NCBI GenBank assembly: GCA_016706865.1
Contig: JADJIS010000003.1
Location: 18,030-82,029 of the forward strand
From: Bacteroidota bacterium
GTDB lineage: Bacteria; Bacteroidota; Bacteroidia; Chitinophagales; BACL12
Length of the DNA: 64,000 nt
Reading direction: 5' to 3'
The first letter of the stretch is position 1. Each line of letters begins with the position of its first letter. Made by a program: the position numbers and the translations under genes. Positions 63,080 through 64,000 of the stretch are shown one piece after another. The notes under the pieces were generated by a model, which saw only the letters and a program-made list of their open reading frames with translations, did not search any database and had not been told where the DNA came from.

Positions 63080-64000
63080 ATGCGTAAATTTCTAAAATGG
63101 ACAGGAATAGTTATACTATGTCTGGCTCTTATCATTGTTATTGCCTCCTTCATCATGGTTAATAAATATAAGAAAATGGCCAAAGTTGAATATGAGGCGA
63201 ATCCAACCCCAATAACTGCACTTACTGATTCGGCCTCTTTGATTAGAGGAGCCTCACTTGCAGCATCCATCTGTTCAGGTTGTCATGGCGGCGATCTGGC
63301 AGGAAAGGAATTTTTTAATGTTCCGGAATTAGGAGTAGTTCCTGCCCCAAATATTACCAGAGGCGGCAGAACTAAGGATTATTCGGATGTTGATTATGTT
63401 AGGGCGATCAAATATGGTGTTAAACCTGATGGTCATGGACTTTTTATAATGCCGGTGGAAGACTTTAATTACATGAGCGATGCGGATCTTGGCGCTTTGA
63501 TAGGATATTTGAAATCTGTTCCCGCGAGTGATAAAACCTGGCCGGATTCAAAATTTACTACCATGGCTCAAATAATGGCCGGTGCCGGGCTATTCGGAAC
63601 TCTTTATAATGCCGAATTGGTAGATCTGAACAATAATAAATCGATAGTTGCTCCGGATCCCGGCACAGATGCCAAATATGGGGAATACACCCTTAGAATT
63701 CATGGTTGCTGGACTTGTCACGGTGAAAAACTCAATGGAAATAAGTCTCCTGATCCTGCATCTCCTCCGGGTGCAAATATTACACCGGGGGGCAATCTGG
63801 GAAAATGGAGCTTAGAACAATTTAAAGAAGTGATGCATACAGGCATGACTCCGGAAAATAAAAAGCTCGATCCGGAATATATGCCCTGGCCATCGTTAGG
63901 CTTAATGACTGATGTTGAAATGGAGGCAGTTTATAATTATTTGAAAAGTTTACCCTCCACGGAGGATGCCGAAATTTTGGCGAAGTGGAAGGAAAAAAAT
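63080..64000 (+). CDS. membrane-anchored di-haem c-type cytochrome; 3' end outside window
   Basis: Own translation from ATG 63080: MRKFLKWTGIVILCLALIIVIASFIMV... with two CxxCH motifs (CSGCH, CWTCH). Open to the end of the window (307 codons). Confidence 0.75.
   Translation, partial: MRKFLKWTGIVILCLALIIVIASFIMVNKYKKMAKVEYEANPTPITALTDSASLIRGASLAASICSGCHGGDLAGKEFFNVPELGVVPAPNITRGGRTKDYSDVDYVRAIKYGVKPDGHGLFIMPVEDFNYMSDADLGALIGYLKSVPASDKTWPDSKFTTMAQIMAGAGLFGTLYNAELVDLNNNKSIVAPDPGTDAKYGEYTLRIHGCWTCHGEKLNGNKSPDPASPPGANITPGGNLGKWSLEQFKEVMHTGMTPENKKLDPEYMPWPSLGLMTDVEMEAVYNYLKSLPSTEDAEILAKWKEKN

Overview
A 64-kb chromosomal segment from an AT-rich (GC about mid-30s % by eye) member of the Bacteroidota. 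Lineage evidence: T9SS C-terminal sorting domains on three secreted proteins, the rpmB-rpmG-DUF4295-ftsY block, BshC, a fused E1 alpha/beta 2-oxoacid dehydrogenase, and TAnnTTTG-type -7 boxes. Gene content is mostly housekeeping: purA, pabB, corA, mpl, lipA, tdk, waaA, a dTDP-rhamnose/amino-sugar polysaccharide cluster, ftsY, rimO, bshC, pth, rplY, prs and a CBS-type PLP enzyme. It also holds two multi-PAS histidine kinases, a bacterial type IB topoisomerase and one tRNA-Leu(CAG). I found no rRNA, CRISPR, integrase, phage block or recognisable defence island. The unusual material is non-coding. (1) A dispersed family of period-7 tandem arrays, each built from its own word (GGACATA, GGGACAY, GTCANNR, TRTCAAT, AGTGGGC and others), sits on or within about 50 nt of stop codons. 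This resembles cyanobacterial heptameric STRR repeats and is my best candidate for something undescribed. (2) A 108-bp higher-order repeat follows purA. (3) A RAYT (IS200-like Y1 transposase) is flanked by its own REP hairpins, with further GC-rich GTAG-headed islands. (4) tRNA-Leu is bracketed by 53-nt near-identical direct repeats that carry a GC hairpin. (5) A 700-bp gene-free convergent spacer holds four copies of a hairpin whose pairing works only as plus-strand RNA. (6) A perfect 19-bp inverted repeat brackets the ftsY-rimO spacer. On the protein side: an RfbD-CysQ fusion, a frameshifted OsmC gene and a truncated paralogue fragment. All calls come from reading the sequence and ORF track by eye; no searches were run.
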